Both the position numbers and the translations under genes were made by a program. DNA of 64,000 nucleotides. Origin: Octopus sinensis (lineage: Eukaryota). The stretch lies in assembly GCF_006345805.1 (NCBI RefSeq), contig NC_042998.1, positions 102,238,001 to 102,302,000 of the forward strand, given 5' to 3'. This document shows, piece after piece, positions 12,878 to 26,690 of this stretch. Within the stretch, counting starts at the first letter, position 1; the number at the start of each line of letters is the position of its first letter. A model generated the notes under the pieces. That model was not told where the DNA came from. It saw only the letters and a list, made by a program, of their open reading frames with translations, and did no database searches.

Positions 12878-14606
12878 TAATTAATATAGATAACCTCCTT
12901 GAATTTTAATAACATAGTCCCATATATATATCACCCCCATAGTCAATTTTTATACTCTTAAACAACTACTACCCAACCCATTGAGGTTTGTTTTCCCTTT
13001 GTCTCTATAACTCGCCCTCCCCTCTCTCTCTCTTTCCCTCTCCCTATCGTAAGCACAATCAAACACACAGACACAAACCTGTCACTTCACCACTGTCTAT
13101 TTTTAGCATCTACCCATCCACACACACAATCACGCACACACATACACACACATAACCATTAATGCAGTTATATACATTCACACACATAGGCACTCATTCA
13201 CAAAAGAAAACAACAAAATCACCATTCATTTGACCTTGCACCCTTTTACCTTCCTATTCTTAGGTATCCCTCCTCCAACCTTGTTTGAACCCTTGAACCT
13301 TCTATAATCTTCTACATTCAACCATTTTTGACGTCACTGCTTATAACGGAATATTTTAAAGAAACACTCATTATCGCTATGGGCTCCGTGTGGGCAGGCA
13401 TCTAGAGATTTTTGTGCATCTTGATGCTGACATAAGTTCCTTACTTTTCTTGATGAGAAGGCGGTATAATGCACCCCTTATTCCTTCGAAATTACGAATA
13501 TGCAGCCTTTGAAACATATGTCGAAAATAAAATATAGGAATGTTGTTAATTCGTCGTTCAACTCCATTCTTTCATTTATTTGTATTCAAAAAAACACACA
13601 AATTTCCACACGATAGCACGTGATCTCTTCTCTAGACATGTAGATTCAACCGTCCATTTGCTACCCAAGTATCGGTGAACCGAATTATCCATAATAAGAT
13701 AATTCATTCAACGACTCAATTATATATATATATACACAGTGCGTTATTATACCTCTGTGAGCGAATGTAAATATTTTCCCGCTTCGTGTTATTTGTATAA
13801 GTATGAAACAAATGTAATATATACAGAATAAGTAATATTTATGTTGTAAGGATTCATACTTTCGTTTGAATATAAAGAAAACCATCAAATATACACAAGT
13901 AAATAATTTTATGTCCTAATGTTTAAAAAACAAAACAAACAATATAACTCTTCAAGAAAGCTGGAAATGTGAAACAAGTTTATGGTTTCAATAATATGGT
14001 GATTTTCGAAGCATAATTTTATTTTCATTTCCACACCATAGCCATGAAATTATATATTAGTTTCCAAGACAAAATACTTTGATTAAACAGCTAAAAACAC
14101 GAGCTAAAGATTGAGCTTACTGATTTAGAAAGAATTATAAACATTCAATTAACAGTTGTGATAGCTGATGATTAATGATTATTTACAAATGTAGTTGATA
14201 ATTAATGCTTCTTATATATCTGTATGATAATTAATGCTCCTTAGATATCTGTATACCCTAAATTTATTACTGAACGAATTGAGTTTCTTGCACGTTGCAT
14301 GAAGAAGGGAAATTCAAGAAATCTTCCGGCAAAATATATACCTGTAAATTAAGGAACCACAGAAGTGAAGTAGTATTTAAATTTTGGGACACGATCATAC
14401 AGACTGGGACCTAACAATAATCGAAAGACTTCAAAAATAGTTTACAGGTATTTAAATATAACAATCGATTACGTGAGTGAGGGTGTTTGCATCCCTCCCT
14501 TTGAAACACCAGCAGGTTTAGAATGTAACTATGAAGCAACTCTGAAACTATACACTTAAGTACTTTCTCCATCAATCATTCCCTCTCTCTCCCTTCCTCT
14601 GCATAA

Positions 14607-14636
<30 letters not shown>

Positions 14637-14639
<3 letters not shown>

Positions 14640-14860
14640 AGAGTAAACACATAAGTGCGAAACAAGGTGCAGAAAATACTACTCGAACACCAGAGGTAGA
14701 GTAATGTGCTGTATTAAAAAGCTGCAAAAATAAAACAATAAATGTTACTCAGAGTTTTACGTTCCTGTTCATCTGACAGTTTTGTTTACATTTCTAAACA
14801 AAACTGTCCGACGAACGGGGACGTGAAACTCTGAGTAACAGTTTTTGTGATATTTTTGCT
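14637..14860. mobile_element. Head-to-head PLE pLTR pair with two hammerhead motifs
   Basis: Inversion centre is near 14792. The minus-strand motif at ~14743-14783 is degenerate and the plus-strand motif is at 14800-14845. Confidence 0.7.
14800..14845 (+). ncRNA. Minimal hammerhead (U4C variant; family also at 28.4, 29.8 and 30.5 kb)
   Basis: aaaactgt CCGACGA ACG ggga CGT GAAA CTCtGAG TA acagtttt. Confidence 0.65.
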
Positions 14861-15074
14861 CTACACGCATTTTTTTTCGCTCCTTGTTTCTCTCCTTGCT
14901 TTTTTTCTGTGTATCTTTATGTCGAAGAGCGTAGGCTCGAAACGTAAAAGACTTGTTCTATTTCTATTCCTGAGCGCCATAGTAATACATTTGTTTGTTT
15001 GTACTCCACCTACCTTCGTCTTTTGTTTATTTTCGTAAACCTTCCCGTTATATATATATATGTATGTATGTATG

Positions 15075-18000
15075 TCAGGTCACTTTCGAGTGCTACTGGT
15101 AACATGCAACCCAGTACAATCTATTGCATGGTCGGGCCGTCGGTGACTAAACCGGCAACCCCACCAAGCTTGCTTGGTGAGGAGGGTGTCTATTGGACAT
15201 CCTGCAGGATGAATTACAAAACTCGTCAAAGGGCGGAAGAACTCTTGAGAGTCAAGGGCCATCCAATAAATGTGTAATTATATATTTTCTCCTCATATCA
15301 ATCTTATCCAGCTTAAGGCTGTTTCATGCGCGGGGACATAGAAATAATCGAACTGAATACCCGATCGCGCGGTTAAACCATTGGGAGTGAAGGACTCCTA
15401 GCCTTTGTTAGGGCATCCTTCTAGGATAAGGTGACTCCGGTAACTGGGATAACTCCGACATAAAACCTGCGGCTCAGTTGTTTCCGATGATGTTGACTTG
15501 TTCTTCTTTTCGGATTATGGCTGCTGTTGCTTAGTGAGTAGGATTGACTCAGTGCACAGCCTTTCCTCATTATTAAAAAATCTTCTTGCACAGGCATTGC
15601 ACGATAACAACACTGATTGACTGATTAAATTGATTAATTAATTCATAATTGTTGATAACGCTGTGAGTCTCAACTGAATGGCTGGCTGTAGCATTAAAAA
15701 GCAAAACATCAATGATGTACCAAAACAGTATAAAAATAAATGGCAGTAAGGACTCTGGAGCCACATCAGTTGCAGAATCTGGCCCGGCAGGGACTCCAGA
15801 GCATCACACTCTGAACCCGGCCGTTATCATGCTACTGCGATAGAACCAAAGAAAATAGTGAATATTGGCTGTTGGAATGTACGGGCACGGCTTGACTGCA
15901 AGTCCTCTGAATGTCCTGAAAGAAGGACTGCGCTCGTTGCGAAGGAGCTTCAACGCTATGATCTTGACATCGTTGCTTTATCTGAGACGAGATTACCTGG
16001 AATTGGTCATCTTACAGAATCTTGTGGAAAATATACATTCTTTTGGAAAGGGAGGAATGAAGAGTTTAGAGGAGAAGCTAGAGTGACATTTGCTGTTAAG
16101 ACTACTCTTGTGGACAAGTTGGAAGAATTCCCAGTCGGAATTAACGAGCGTCTTATGTCCATGAGAATTCCTTTGGTTAAAGGCAATTATGTGACCTTGG
16201 TGAGCGTGTATGCTCCAACTATGAGCTATACTGATGACGAAAACCTTTCTTTCTACCATGCTTTGATGGGCATTATAAGAAATATCCCTCGGGCAGACAC
16301 AGTCATCGTACTGGGTGACTTTAATGCTAGAGTTGGTAGGGATTTTAACACATGGACTGTAATTGGAAAGCATGGGGTGAGAAAGTGTAATAATAATGGC
16401 GTACTTTTGTTGCAGATATGTGAGGAGCTCCGTCTGTGTGTTACCAATGCCACGTTTCAACAAAAGAATAAGTTTAAGACTACATGGATGCACCCTGCAT
16501 CTAAAGAATGGCATATTCTGGATTACATCCTTGTTAGGGTGCGTGACACACAGGATATGCAGTATGTTCGTGTTCTTCGTGGAGCTGAGTGTTGGACTGA
16601 CCACCGCTTAGTACGTGCAAAAGTGAAATTAGTCACAAAACATAAAATCCGAGCTGCAGGGATTACCCTGCCAAAAAGACTGAATGTTGATCGTCTTAGG
16701 TGTAATAGTGTGAAGAGAACTTTACGAGACGAAATGAATGCTGCAGATATTGGGGAGGATTGGCCGACCCTTAAAAAGTCAGTTTATGATATAGGCAAGA
16801 AAGATGTGGGATTGATACAAAGAAAGCATCGAGATTGGTTTAAAGAAAATGATGAACATATAGATGATTTATTGGCTGATAAAAGACGTACCTTGTCACG
16901 CTATTTGTCAGCAAAGCCACAGGGAAGGGAAACTTTTTGTATAGGGAACTCAAGGACGTAAAATCACGTGTGAGGCAAAGGCTCTGTCAGATGAGGGATA
17001 TGTGGTGGAGTAAGAGGGCTGGCGAGATACAGGTGGCGTCGGATTCCAATACCACAAAGCGGTTATATGGTCTTTTGCGAGAAGTTTATGGACCGTCGTC
17101 TTCTCTGATGACACCACTTCGAAGCAGGGATGGTAAAGAACTTCGTGATTCACAAGGAATTTGCGAAGGTGACAAGAACACTTTGATTAACTTGTGAATC
17201 AGCAGTCTGTAGTTAGTGAGTATGTTCTCAATCTCATCCCTGGATTACATGTGAAGGCAGCACTCGCAGAACCACCAAAGTTGGAAGAAGTTGCAATGGC
17301 TCTCTCAAGGTTGAATAATTAGAAGTCTCCGGGTATGGGTGGTATACATGCGGAGTTGTTACAGCATGGGGGTGAGAAACTTCTGCAGAAACTTCACTCT
17401 TTGTTTGGTAACATATGGACTAGTGAATATGTACCTGAGGACTGGAGAGATACAGTAATGGTGGTCTTGTATAAGGGAAAGGGCAACAGGAAGGATTGTG
17501 GTAATTATAGGTGAGTATCATTGCTGTCTGTCGTAGGAAAGGTTTTATGCAGGATACTTCTGGATTGTCTACTGAAATACGTTGCAGATTGTGTCCTTCC
17601 AGAAAGTCAATCTGGCTTTTGTGTGGGACGTGGCACTGCTTATATGATCTTTTCAGCTAGACAGCTTCAGGAGAAGTGTGTGGAACGGGGGTCTGGATTT
17701 GTATCAGGTTTTTGTCGATCTGACAAAAGCCTTTGATACTGTCAATAGAAAAGCATTGTGAAAAGTCCTCCAGAAACTTGGGTGTCCTGAAAAGTTCCTT
17801 GCTTTGGTTAGGTTTTTTCATGAAGACATGAATGGTAAGGTGAATGTTAGAGGGAAAATTTCAATACAAAATGGAGTGAAACACAGGGATATTGTGGCAC
17901 CGACCCTATTTGCCATATATTTTGCGATGGTTTTCTGTATTGCATTCAGAAACAGCAGATACGGTGTTTATATCCATTATCGAACCTCTGGCAGTATATT

Positions 18001-19270
18001 TAATATCAGGCGCTTTGCTGCAAAAACAAAGGTATTTACTTCTATCATAAGAGATCTTTTGTATGCAGATGTTTGTGAGCTAGTAGCACACACAGAGATT
18101 GATATGCAACACATTTTGAATGCATTCTCTGATGATTGCACTGCCTTAGGATTGACAGTCACTCTCAAGAAAACTGTTGTCATGTACCAACCTGCCCTGG
18201 TAAGCAGTATAGTGTACCAAATATCTATGTGTATGTCTACCTGGGAAGCACTATTAATAGATGTAGCAATTTGGATGATGAAATTCCAAATAGAATAGGA
18301 AAGCAAGTGTTGCTTTCGGTAGGCTAGAAAAGCGCCTCTGGAGTCGGCGAGGCATATGCAGAAAGACAAAGATAAAGGTGTACAAGCCATGTGTGCTCCC
18401 TTCTCTATGCCTGCGAGACGTGGGTTACATATCGATACCACCTTAAACAACTGGAACGTTTCCATCAGATGTGTGTCAGATGGATCTATGGCATTAAGTG
18501 GAAGCACCGCATCAGTGATCTTGAAATATTGGAAGGCTCTCGGTGTGAAAGTATAGAAGCTCTTGTGTTAAAGCAAAGGCTCGGATTGAGTGGTCATCTG
18601 GTCAGAATGAAGGATTCAAGGATGCCAAAACAACTCTTTTATGGAGAGTTAGCTAAAGGAGAACTACCTCCACATAAACCAAAAAAGAGGTATAAGGACT
18701 TGCTGAAAGCTTCCTTAAGAGATGCTTGCATCTATCCTGACACATGGGAATGCATAGTTATTGATCGTAGCAGCTGGGGAAGGACTGTGCACGAGGGGAC
18801 AGCTACGTTTGAGAAATCTCGAGTTGCACATGAGAAAGTAAGGAGGGATGTCAGGAAGGGCATCGCTGTTACACTTCCAGATGGGAATGGTCTTCCTATG
18901 ATGCTGACATGCAGTGTCTGTGCAAGACCCTGGCTCAGTAAAGCTGGACTCAAGAGTCATCTTCGTAGTCATAAAGCGAGATAGATGAGTGACAACCTGG
19001 CCATTGGTGGTGGTGGTGTAACACACCATACTAATCATATCTGTCGGGCATGCGGAAGAGAGTGTAATTCAGCAGGAGGACTTAAAAGACATGTAAGGGT
19101 ACATGAAGCCCAGTTACAACTACAGCCAGCTATTACCGGTAAAGGTTTTAGTTGCCAATTCTGTACAAGACATTGTAGATCTTTAGCTGGGCTAAAAAGT
19201 CACATTCGATCACAGCACCAATAACAGTTAAGCTTCGTGCAATGGCCATAATCGATAACGAGGGGGCAGC
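15075..19270 (+). mobile_element. Near full-length decayed RTE-clade LINE (APE endonuclease + RT + C-terminal zinc fingers)
   Basis: The APE region reads NIGCWNVR..RRTALVAKELQRYDLDIVALSETRL..GDFNARVG..WHILDYILV..CWTDH. RT motifs include LPESQSGF and RDLLYAD, followed by LLYACETW..RMPKQLFYGEL. It has frameshifts and stops, and lies in (TA)/(TATG) repeats. The 5' boundary is inferred. Confidence 0.9.
15858..16961 (+). pseudogene. RTE AP-endonuclease domain (frameshifted relative to RT)
   Basis: 367-aa ORF with the APE catalytic motifs. Confidence 0.9.
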
Positions 19271-19300
19271 CATCATGCATATATATCTATATATATATGT

Positions 19301-19353
<53 letters not shown>

Positions 19354-19553
19354 TATTTGTATGTATGTACATGTAAGTTTCATATTTTAGCCATATATCC
19401 ACACACCTCTTGTTGAGATTTTTCTTTCTCTGAACTCTATTTACCACCTTTACCGAGCGCCAAACTAATATATTCCATCTGTACATTCTCTTGTTGTTTT
19501 GCGATTGCTAAATTTATTGTTCGATTATTCAAATTGATTATATATACATATAC

Positions 19554-19602
<49 letters not shown>

Positions 19603-19918
19603 AATATCAATAATACTATGATTGTTTCTTATCAGGAACAAAGTGTTTAATAGGACTGCTATAGAAGTGCTCAATTAAATGAGACAAATATATTAAACTG
19701 TGGTTGCAGAACAAACAAATACAAGGTCATCCACGTAACATTTCATATCTCAGACATTTAATCACATAATGCTTTTTCTTTCACATAGAATATACATGTA
19801 TAACATCACGGAAGATGAAACATAACTCATCAGTACAAGCATATAAGAAAATACAAGAAAGTGCGTGAATACAGTCCATCTCGATTAAAAGTTAACGATT
19901 AATACTTTAGCGATTAAG

Positions 19919-19987
<69 letters not shown>

Positions 19988-20174
19988 AAACACATTACAA
20001 CACCTAGAATAATAAATACATAAAACTATAAGAAATATATAAGTATATAGATATATAAAAATATAAATATAGGAAGCATATAATAAGTAATATATAGTAT
20101 ATAAAGTAAGATAAAAGTTCATCGTTTAGAAATTTTTTTCGATTAAAAATTACTTTTCAGATAAAGGAAACCTA

Positions 20175-20988
20175 TAGTCCTAACGAATGGGACCTGTGTC
20201 TGAACGTGTCAAAGTGCTGTCATCTGCCTGTTGGCTCTCCTCCTGCAATTCAACTTGATTTCGAGCCGGGTCGTCTGCTGCTGGAGAGGACCGATCAGGT
20301 AAAGGACCTGGGTATCTTGGTGGATTCCTCCTTTTCGCCTTCGGCCCAGTGCGTCCATGCTGCCAACAAAGCACGCGGAATTCTGTTCTTGATTCGACGG
20401 TCATTCGGAATGCTCACAGCAGCCATATTCCTACCACTCTATGTCACGCTGGTGAGACCCATATTGGAGTACGGGATTCAAACCTCTTCTCCTTATCTTC
20501 TCAAAGACATACAGCATCTCGAAAGAGTCCAGAAGCTGGCTACCCGCATGGTTCAGGGTCTCAAAAATTTGTCTTATGAAGAAAGGCTGAGGACGCTCGA
20601 CCTTTATTCTCTAGAAAAACGCCGCCGCCGTGGTGATCTCATTCTCGCTCACAACATCATAAACGGCAAGTGTAACCTCTCGAAAGAGCTGTTCTTCACT
20701 CCTGCTCCAGAGCGTCGGCTGCGGGGTCATTCCGAAAAGCTCTACCTGCGACGATTTCATTTCAATCGAAGGAGAGGAGCTTTCTCCGTCCGGGTTGCGG
20801 ATCCGTGGAACAAACTGCCAGACGAGATGGTGAAGATGCCGACGACCGCTTTGTTCAAAGTCTCCCTTGATCTCTAGTGGCCTGAACTCTTTACATGAAC
20901 ACCACCCTGTACTTAACTCCATGTCCCCCTACATGGCCTTGCTATTTGCTTTTGAGCCAAAAATTAACTAACTTACTAACTAACTTAA
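20175..20988 (+). mobile_element. 5'-truncated CR1/L2-type LINE (RT C-terminus and tail)
   Basis: KDLGILVD..LYVTLVRPILEYG..LERVQKLATRMV..YEERLRTLDLYSLEKRRRRGDLI..FSVRVADPWNKLP, followed by a short taac/ctta tail. Confidence 0.9.
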
Positions 20989-21130
20989 AGCCAGTGTCCA
21001 AGCAAAAATACAGTTTTTCTGTATGTTCACCATCTGTTCGCATTGGAGCTTCGATGCGATTGGCAAGCGGTACAGCATGCCATTTCTAAATTTCTGCCAG
21101 AGTGAATAGCGTCATGGGGGTGTTTTTTTA

Positions 21131-21191
<61 letters not shown>

Positions 21192-21318
21192 CGAAATGTT
21201 AGCGCCAAGCAGTGTTTAGTCATAACGAATGTTTAGGTCAATTACAATATGTTTGTGACTTATTTCAAATGCTAAAAGACAAGTTCACTGCAGCAAATGT
21301 CTCTCGCATGGTACAAAG

Positions 21319-21364
<46 letters not shown>

Positions 21365-23012
21365 TATATATAGGTAGATAGATAGATAGTTAAGATGCAA
21401 AATATACATACATTACTACGTATGCATATACATATATATGAATATTCGTATAAGACAGCTGTCTTTAACTACATGGGAAGTTCGTCACCTGATCACCATC
21501 TGACTGAGATAACTTGACACAACCTCACTATGAATAAATATAATTGGATTGTCTCAAAGGTATTTGATTCTTTCTTTCACTTCTATATGTGAGATGTACT
21601 AATAGCGAGATCGTTCTTACAATAGCTCATGTAATCATAGCTGATTAACACTTGTAATCGAAACTATAGCAGCTATAATCGTCATATGATTAATTTTAAC
21701 GGTGAATGTATTGTAATACATCCTCATGAAAGTCAAACGTTTGTGATTTTAGAGAAGTTTGTCTAATATCTCTGTCAATTCTTGCTGTTGTTTAGGTCAG
21801 GTTGTTTTCCTCTTGTTCGGTACGGGATAAAGTTAGTGGCAGCAGTATTAAGGTTTTGAGAATCATTACAGTAGTGTTGTGTGTATTAGAGGTGTCTGGA
21901 GTGGTACTTTGAGGAGAATCAGATTCACTAAAGTTGGTCGCGTTAGTGATGATGTTAATGAGAACAAAGGTAATGATGCGCATCTCTACCTCCTCTTGGG
22001 CTTCTTAAAATTATACTCATGCACTCACATCACGTATACGCATAAAAACGCATATATTAATGTATATACGTATATAAACGCATATATAAACGCATGTACT
22101 TCCTTTCTGCATGTATACACCTATATGTTTGTCCCTTTATATCTATATTCATGATGTCACAGTAATTTTCGTATATGGTGCTATATATTAACTCAACTCC
22201 ATACATTTATCTTGGGTCTATGCATTCAGAATATCTCTATCACGGAATAATTTTACGCAACGTTTAAGAATCTATAAAGCGTGTCATTTACCAATTAATT
22301 ATACACCGTTTTAGGTCATAATTCGATCCCTCAATGAACCACGTGATATTAGTTATGGACAAAATTTTGTGCTTAGGTAACAATTATCACTTTTTCACCG
22401 CTCATGATGTACATGCAAATTCATGTAAATATAAATTTCTTTCTTAATACTTTTTATGCGCACAGTCTGCTTCCTCCCACACGCATCATTATTATCTAAA
22501 TTTTGGTTAACAATTCTTTGAAAAAGAACATCAGCGCTCTGGGTGTTCGAGGTTCTCAAGTATCATGATTTCGCCGACCACTTAGAGATTCGTAATACGA
22601 AGTCCATGTTTTACTAAGTGATTATTTAAGTACTTACTGACTACATGACGCTTCTCGCCATCTTCAAATGAAAAAAAATTACATAAGAGATATTTATCAC
22701 AAATAATACGCTTCTCTCTACGTGTCTGTGTACATATGTTGCCTCCTTATTGTTTGTGCGTGTGTGTATGTGTGTGTGCGTGTGTGTGTGTATGTGTGTG
22801 TGTGTGTGCATGTGCGTGCGTGCGTGTGTGATTTTGTATCTTCTTAGTACTTGTATATACAATTTCTTTTTTGTTTTGGGAGAATTGGATTTAAGATTGG
22901 CTTCAGAATGTTTACATTTTTACAATTCTGGTCAAGTATACACTGTTCAATATGAGTACGAAATAGAAAATGGCACTTTCTTTATGGTTTTAATTTAATG
23001 CATTATCCATTT

Positions 23013-24170
23013 AGGCAGCGACCTGGCAGAAGCTTTAGCACGCAGGGCGAAATACTTAGCGGTATTTCGTCTGCCGTTATGTTGTGAGTTCAAATTCCAC
23101 CGAGGTCGACTTTGCCTTTCATCCTTTCAGGGTCGATAAATTAAGTACCAGTTACGCACTGGGGTCGATGTAATCGACTTAATACCTATGTCTGTCCTTG
23201 TTTGTTCCCTCTATGTTTAGCCCCTTGTGGGTAATAAAGAAATAGGTATTTCGTCTGCTGTTATGTTCTGAGTTCAAATTTCGTCACGGTCAACTTTGCC
23301 TCTCGTCCTTTCGGAGTCGATTAAATAAGTACCATTTATGCACTGGGGTCGATGTAATCGACTCAATCCGTTTGTCTGTCCTTGTTTGTTCTCTCTGTGT
23401 TTAGACCCTTGTGGGTAGTAAATAAATAGGTATTTCGTCTGCCGCTACGTTTTGAGTTCAAATTCCGCCGAGGTCGACTTTTCCTTTCATCCTTTCGGGG
23501 TCGATAAATTAAGTACCAGTTACGCACTGGGGTCGATGTATTCGACATAATCCGTTTTTCTGTCCTTGATAGTCCCCTCTATGTTTAGCCCCTTGTGGGT
23601 AATAAAGAAATAGGTATTTCGTCTGCTGTTATGTTCTGAGTTCAAATTTCGTCACGGTCAACTTTGCCTCTCGTCCTTTCGGAGTCGATTAAATAAGTAC
23701 CATTTATGCACTGGGGTCGATGTAATCGACTCAATCCGTTTGTCTGTCCTTGTTTGTTCTCTCTGTGTTTAGACCCTTGTGGGTAGTAAATAAATAGGTA
23801 TTTCGTCTGCCGCTACGTTTTGAGTTCAAATTCCGCCGAGGTCGACTTTTCCTTTCATCCTTTCGGGGTCGATAAATTAAGTACCAGTTACGCACTGGGG
23901 TCGATGTATTCGACATAATCCGTTTTTCTGTCCTTGATAGTCCCCTCTATGTTTAGCCCCTTGTGGGTAATAAAGAAATAAGAGATGTTAGTACGCCGGG
24001 CGAAACGCTTAGCGATATTCCGTTTGTTTTTACGCTCTGAATTCGAATTCCACCGAAGTCGACTTTACCTTTCATCGATAAATTAAGAATCACTTGCATA
24101 ATTGGGTCGATGGAATCGACTGCCCCCTCCTCCAAAATTTTAGGCCTTGTCCAGAAATTAGAAATGGATA
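23013..24170 (+). mobile_element. Tandem multimer of tRNA-derived SINE (five ~184-bp bodies including a 368-bp duplicated dimer, plus a variant copy)
   Basis: It has a head ggcagcgacctggcagaa, a B-box-like gagttcaaattcc and the core gcctttcatcctttcggggtcgataaattaagtacc. ORFs 23363 and 23731 are identical and 368 bp apart. Confidence 0.85.
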
Positions 24171-25404
24171 TATTATTCATTAAAATATTCTGTCTTACAT
24201 TAAAATGAAGGGCGATGTATAATCATACCCGTTTATCAATACACTCTAATTCCGGTTGAGGAGGAAAATTTATGCGCTCACTGCTGTTCACTATCAAGGA
24301 ATAATTTTATACAGCGTTTTAGAATCCATAAACTGCAGATGCGTGTACGAGTAAGTGTTTCCTAACAAACTTGAATAGCCTGTAGCAATAATTTTAACTT
24401 CAAAAATAACGTATGTTTAATTAAAAGGCTACATATAATTTTAATTTTAAAATCTCAAAACATAAAAGCCTACATCATATGTAATAAGGAATCCCAGTCC
24501 TCTGATTTTACTGGAAACCTAACGTGTGTTAATAACTAATTTGAGTTTAATTAGAAGATTCACTACACATTTTTTAAAACTCCAACTACACTGAAAAGTT
24601 CATTAGCATGAGAGTTTTATGACGCAAAAAATTGGTAAAATAAAATAATGCAACGATAGCAACACCAAAAGTAACAAGAATACACAACATGCTGATGGTA
24701 CTAAATTTGACAAAATTAATTATTATCTGATGATATTAATGTGAATACTGGTAAGGTGTAGGCTAAAGTGATTTGCGATATCTAATTACACATCTATATG
24801 TCGTGATTTCAAATTCTACATAGGTGAACATTATATTTTCGTCCTTCTGGAGTCCAAATATGTAACGTATTCGCCCATGATCTAGCTTCCTTCCCCAAAA
24901 TACGGAACTTTTTGTATGTTTTGGAAATAATGTTAATAAAAAAACGTAATTAATGTAGATATTTGATTATGAATAAATACAATTAGTTATATATTATGCA
25001 AAGTGGTATAAAATAGGGAATAGAAGGGTGAGGATCAGGGCGAACATAATAGTACTGGTGGTAATGGTGTAGGTGATGGTGTTGATGACAATGATGATGA
25101 TGGTTGGGTGGGGTGGGGGTGCAAGTGATGGCGGCGGCGACAGCGATAATCAACAACCTTTATCATATAACTCTTTGAAGATACAGCAAACGTGAGTAAT
25201 TTACTGCCTTGAGCAGCGAAATTTATATAGCCTTTAGATATGATTTGCTAGCTTGAGGTTTCTCTTAAGAAATCGTACTTGGTATGAGCTTATAAACCAC
25301 TCACTGGAAATACATGTTTCTTTGTAGAGATCACAATGAAACGCATGAATACTAGACTCTCGGATTTTTTGAACTTGTTAAGTTTTTCAAATCAAAGAAC
25401 AAAT

Positions 25405-25803
25405 ATTCGTTTCTACTCTAGGCACAAGGGCCTAAATTTTGGGGGAAGGGGCAGTCGATAACATCGACCCATGTACGTAACTGATACTTAATTTATCGAC
25501 CCCGAAAGGATGACAAGCAAAGTCGACCTCGGTGGAATTTGAACTCAGAACGTAAATACAGACGAAATACCTATTTCTTTACTACCCACAAGGAGCTAAA
25601 CGCAGAGGAGACAAACACGGACAGACAAACAGATTAAATCGATTATATCGACCCCAGTGTTTCACTGGTACTTATTTAATCGATCCCGAAAGAATGAAAG
25701 GCAAAGTCGACCTCGGCGGAATTTGAACTCAGAACGTAACGGCAGACGAAGTATGGCTACGCATTTCGCCTGGCGTGCTAACGTTTCTGCTAGCTCGCCG
25801 CCT
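25405..25803 (-). mobile_element. tRNA-derived SINE dimer, same family
   Basis: Head at ~25803, the same core, and the same aaagaaata/ggtatttcgtctg junction. Confidence 0.85.
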
Positions 25804-26278
25804 TTCAAAGAGCAAATATTCAAACTAGAAATTTTCGCAAAACAATACTTCTCGCTGGTGTCAGCAAATAGACGAGTTTTTTCGAGTATATGTTAGGCAA
25901 GGCAAAGTTGTCAAGTAGATAGTTGCCCACGGTTGTCATGTGGCACACTTATCATGTGAAAAAGGCAATCTATATGAAGGGTAGTAATATATTCGTCGTT
26001 AGAACACGGGGTAAAAAACACTTTCTTTGTCCATCAGCTGTAATTCTATCGACTTTGAATGATCGAAGACATTGCATACAGAATAGTCTAATTAATCGGA
26101 TCTATGACTACGTGTTACATACGTTAAGACTTTTCGATGTTTTGTGCTTAATTGTTAGTAGCTTCAAATCACTTCCACGAATTAGTATTGCGTTAATGGC
26201 TCACTGTATCCTGGTGACTTACAAACCTAATTTAAATGTAACTTAATTTTGTTAATCATATTCATCACACAAAATTAC

Positions 26279-26690
26279 GGATCTTTTCGGTTTGAACGGC
26301 AGATTTTTAAAATAATTTCCACGTAACTAAACACTTTTAAACTTCGTATACTGGTAGAATGTATTTAAAAAACATATTTTTCTCTTGGCTTTATTGAGAA
26401 AATTCTATAGTTTGTAAGATATTTGTTGTTTTTTTTCTTCAATTTCTGCAATTTCAACCAATCAATGACGTCTATTGAGGTGAAAATCATTATGTGCCCT
26501 ATGAATATGTCCCTCCTTTAAGAAACAGATTGGGTTTATTTACATTTCTGACGAAAAAAGATACCCTTCCCCGCACCCCTAACCCTAACCCTAAAACAGA
26601 TTGAAATGCAATAGATCGATACTAGGGTCATAATTATTGGTGACAATTTCATATGACACCGCTAGAAAAAACTGCCATTCAAACCGAAAA
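26279..26690. mobile_element. MITE-like element with ~25-30-bp TIRs and internal (CCCTAA)3
   Basis: ttttcggtttgaacggcag at the left pairs with ctgccattcaaaccgaaaa at the right. CCCTAA x3 lies at 26577-26594. Confidence 0.6.

Noticed and set aside
14905-14955. gaagagcgtaggctcgaaacgtaaaagac, hammerhead-like
   Set aside because: The CUGA core is missing and the stem II register conflicts with the core.
21790-21990. Possible PLE ORF fragment on the minus strand
   Set aside because: No diagnostic motif could be confirmed.
23013-23990. Regular repeats resembling a CRISPR array
   Set aside because: Units are ~184-bp SINE bodies without unique spacers, there are no cas genes, and the context is eukaryotic.
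26577-26594. Telomere or chromosome fusion scar
   Set aside because: Only three units, inside a TIR-bounded element.
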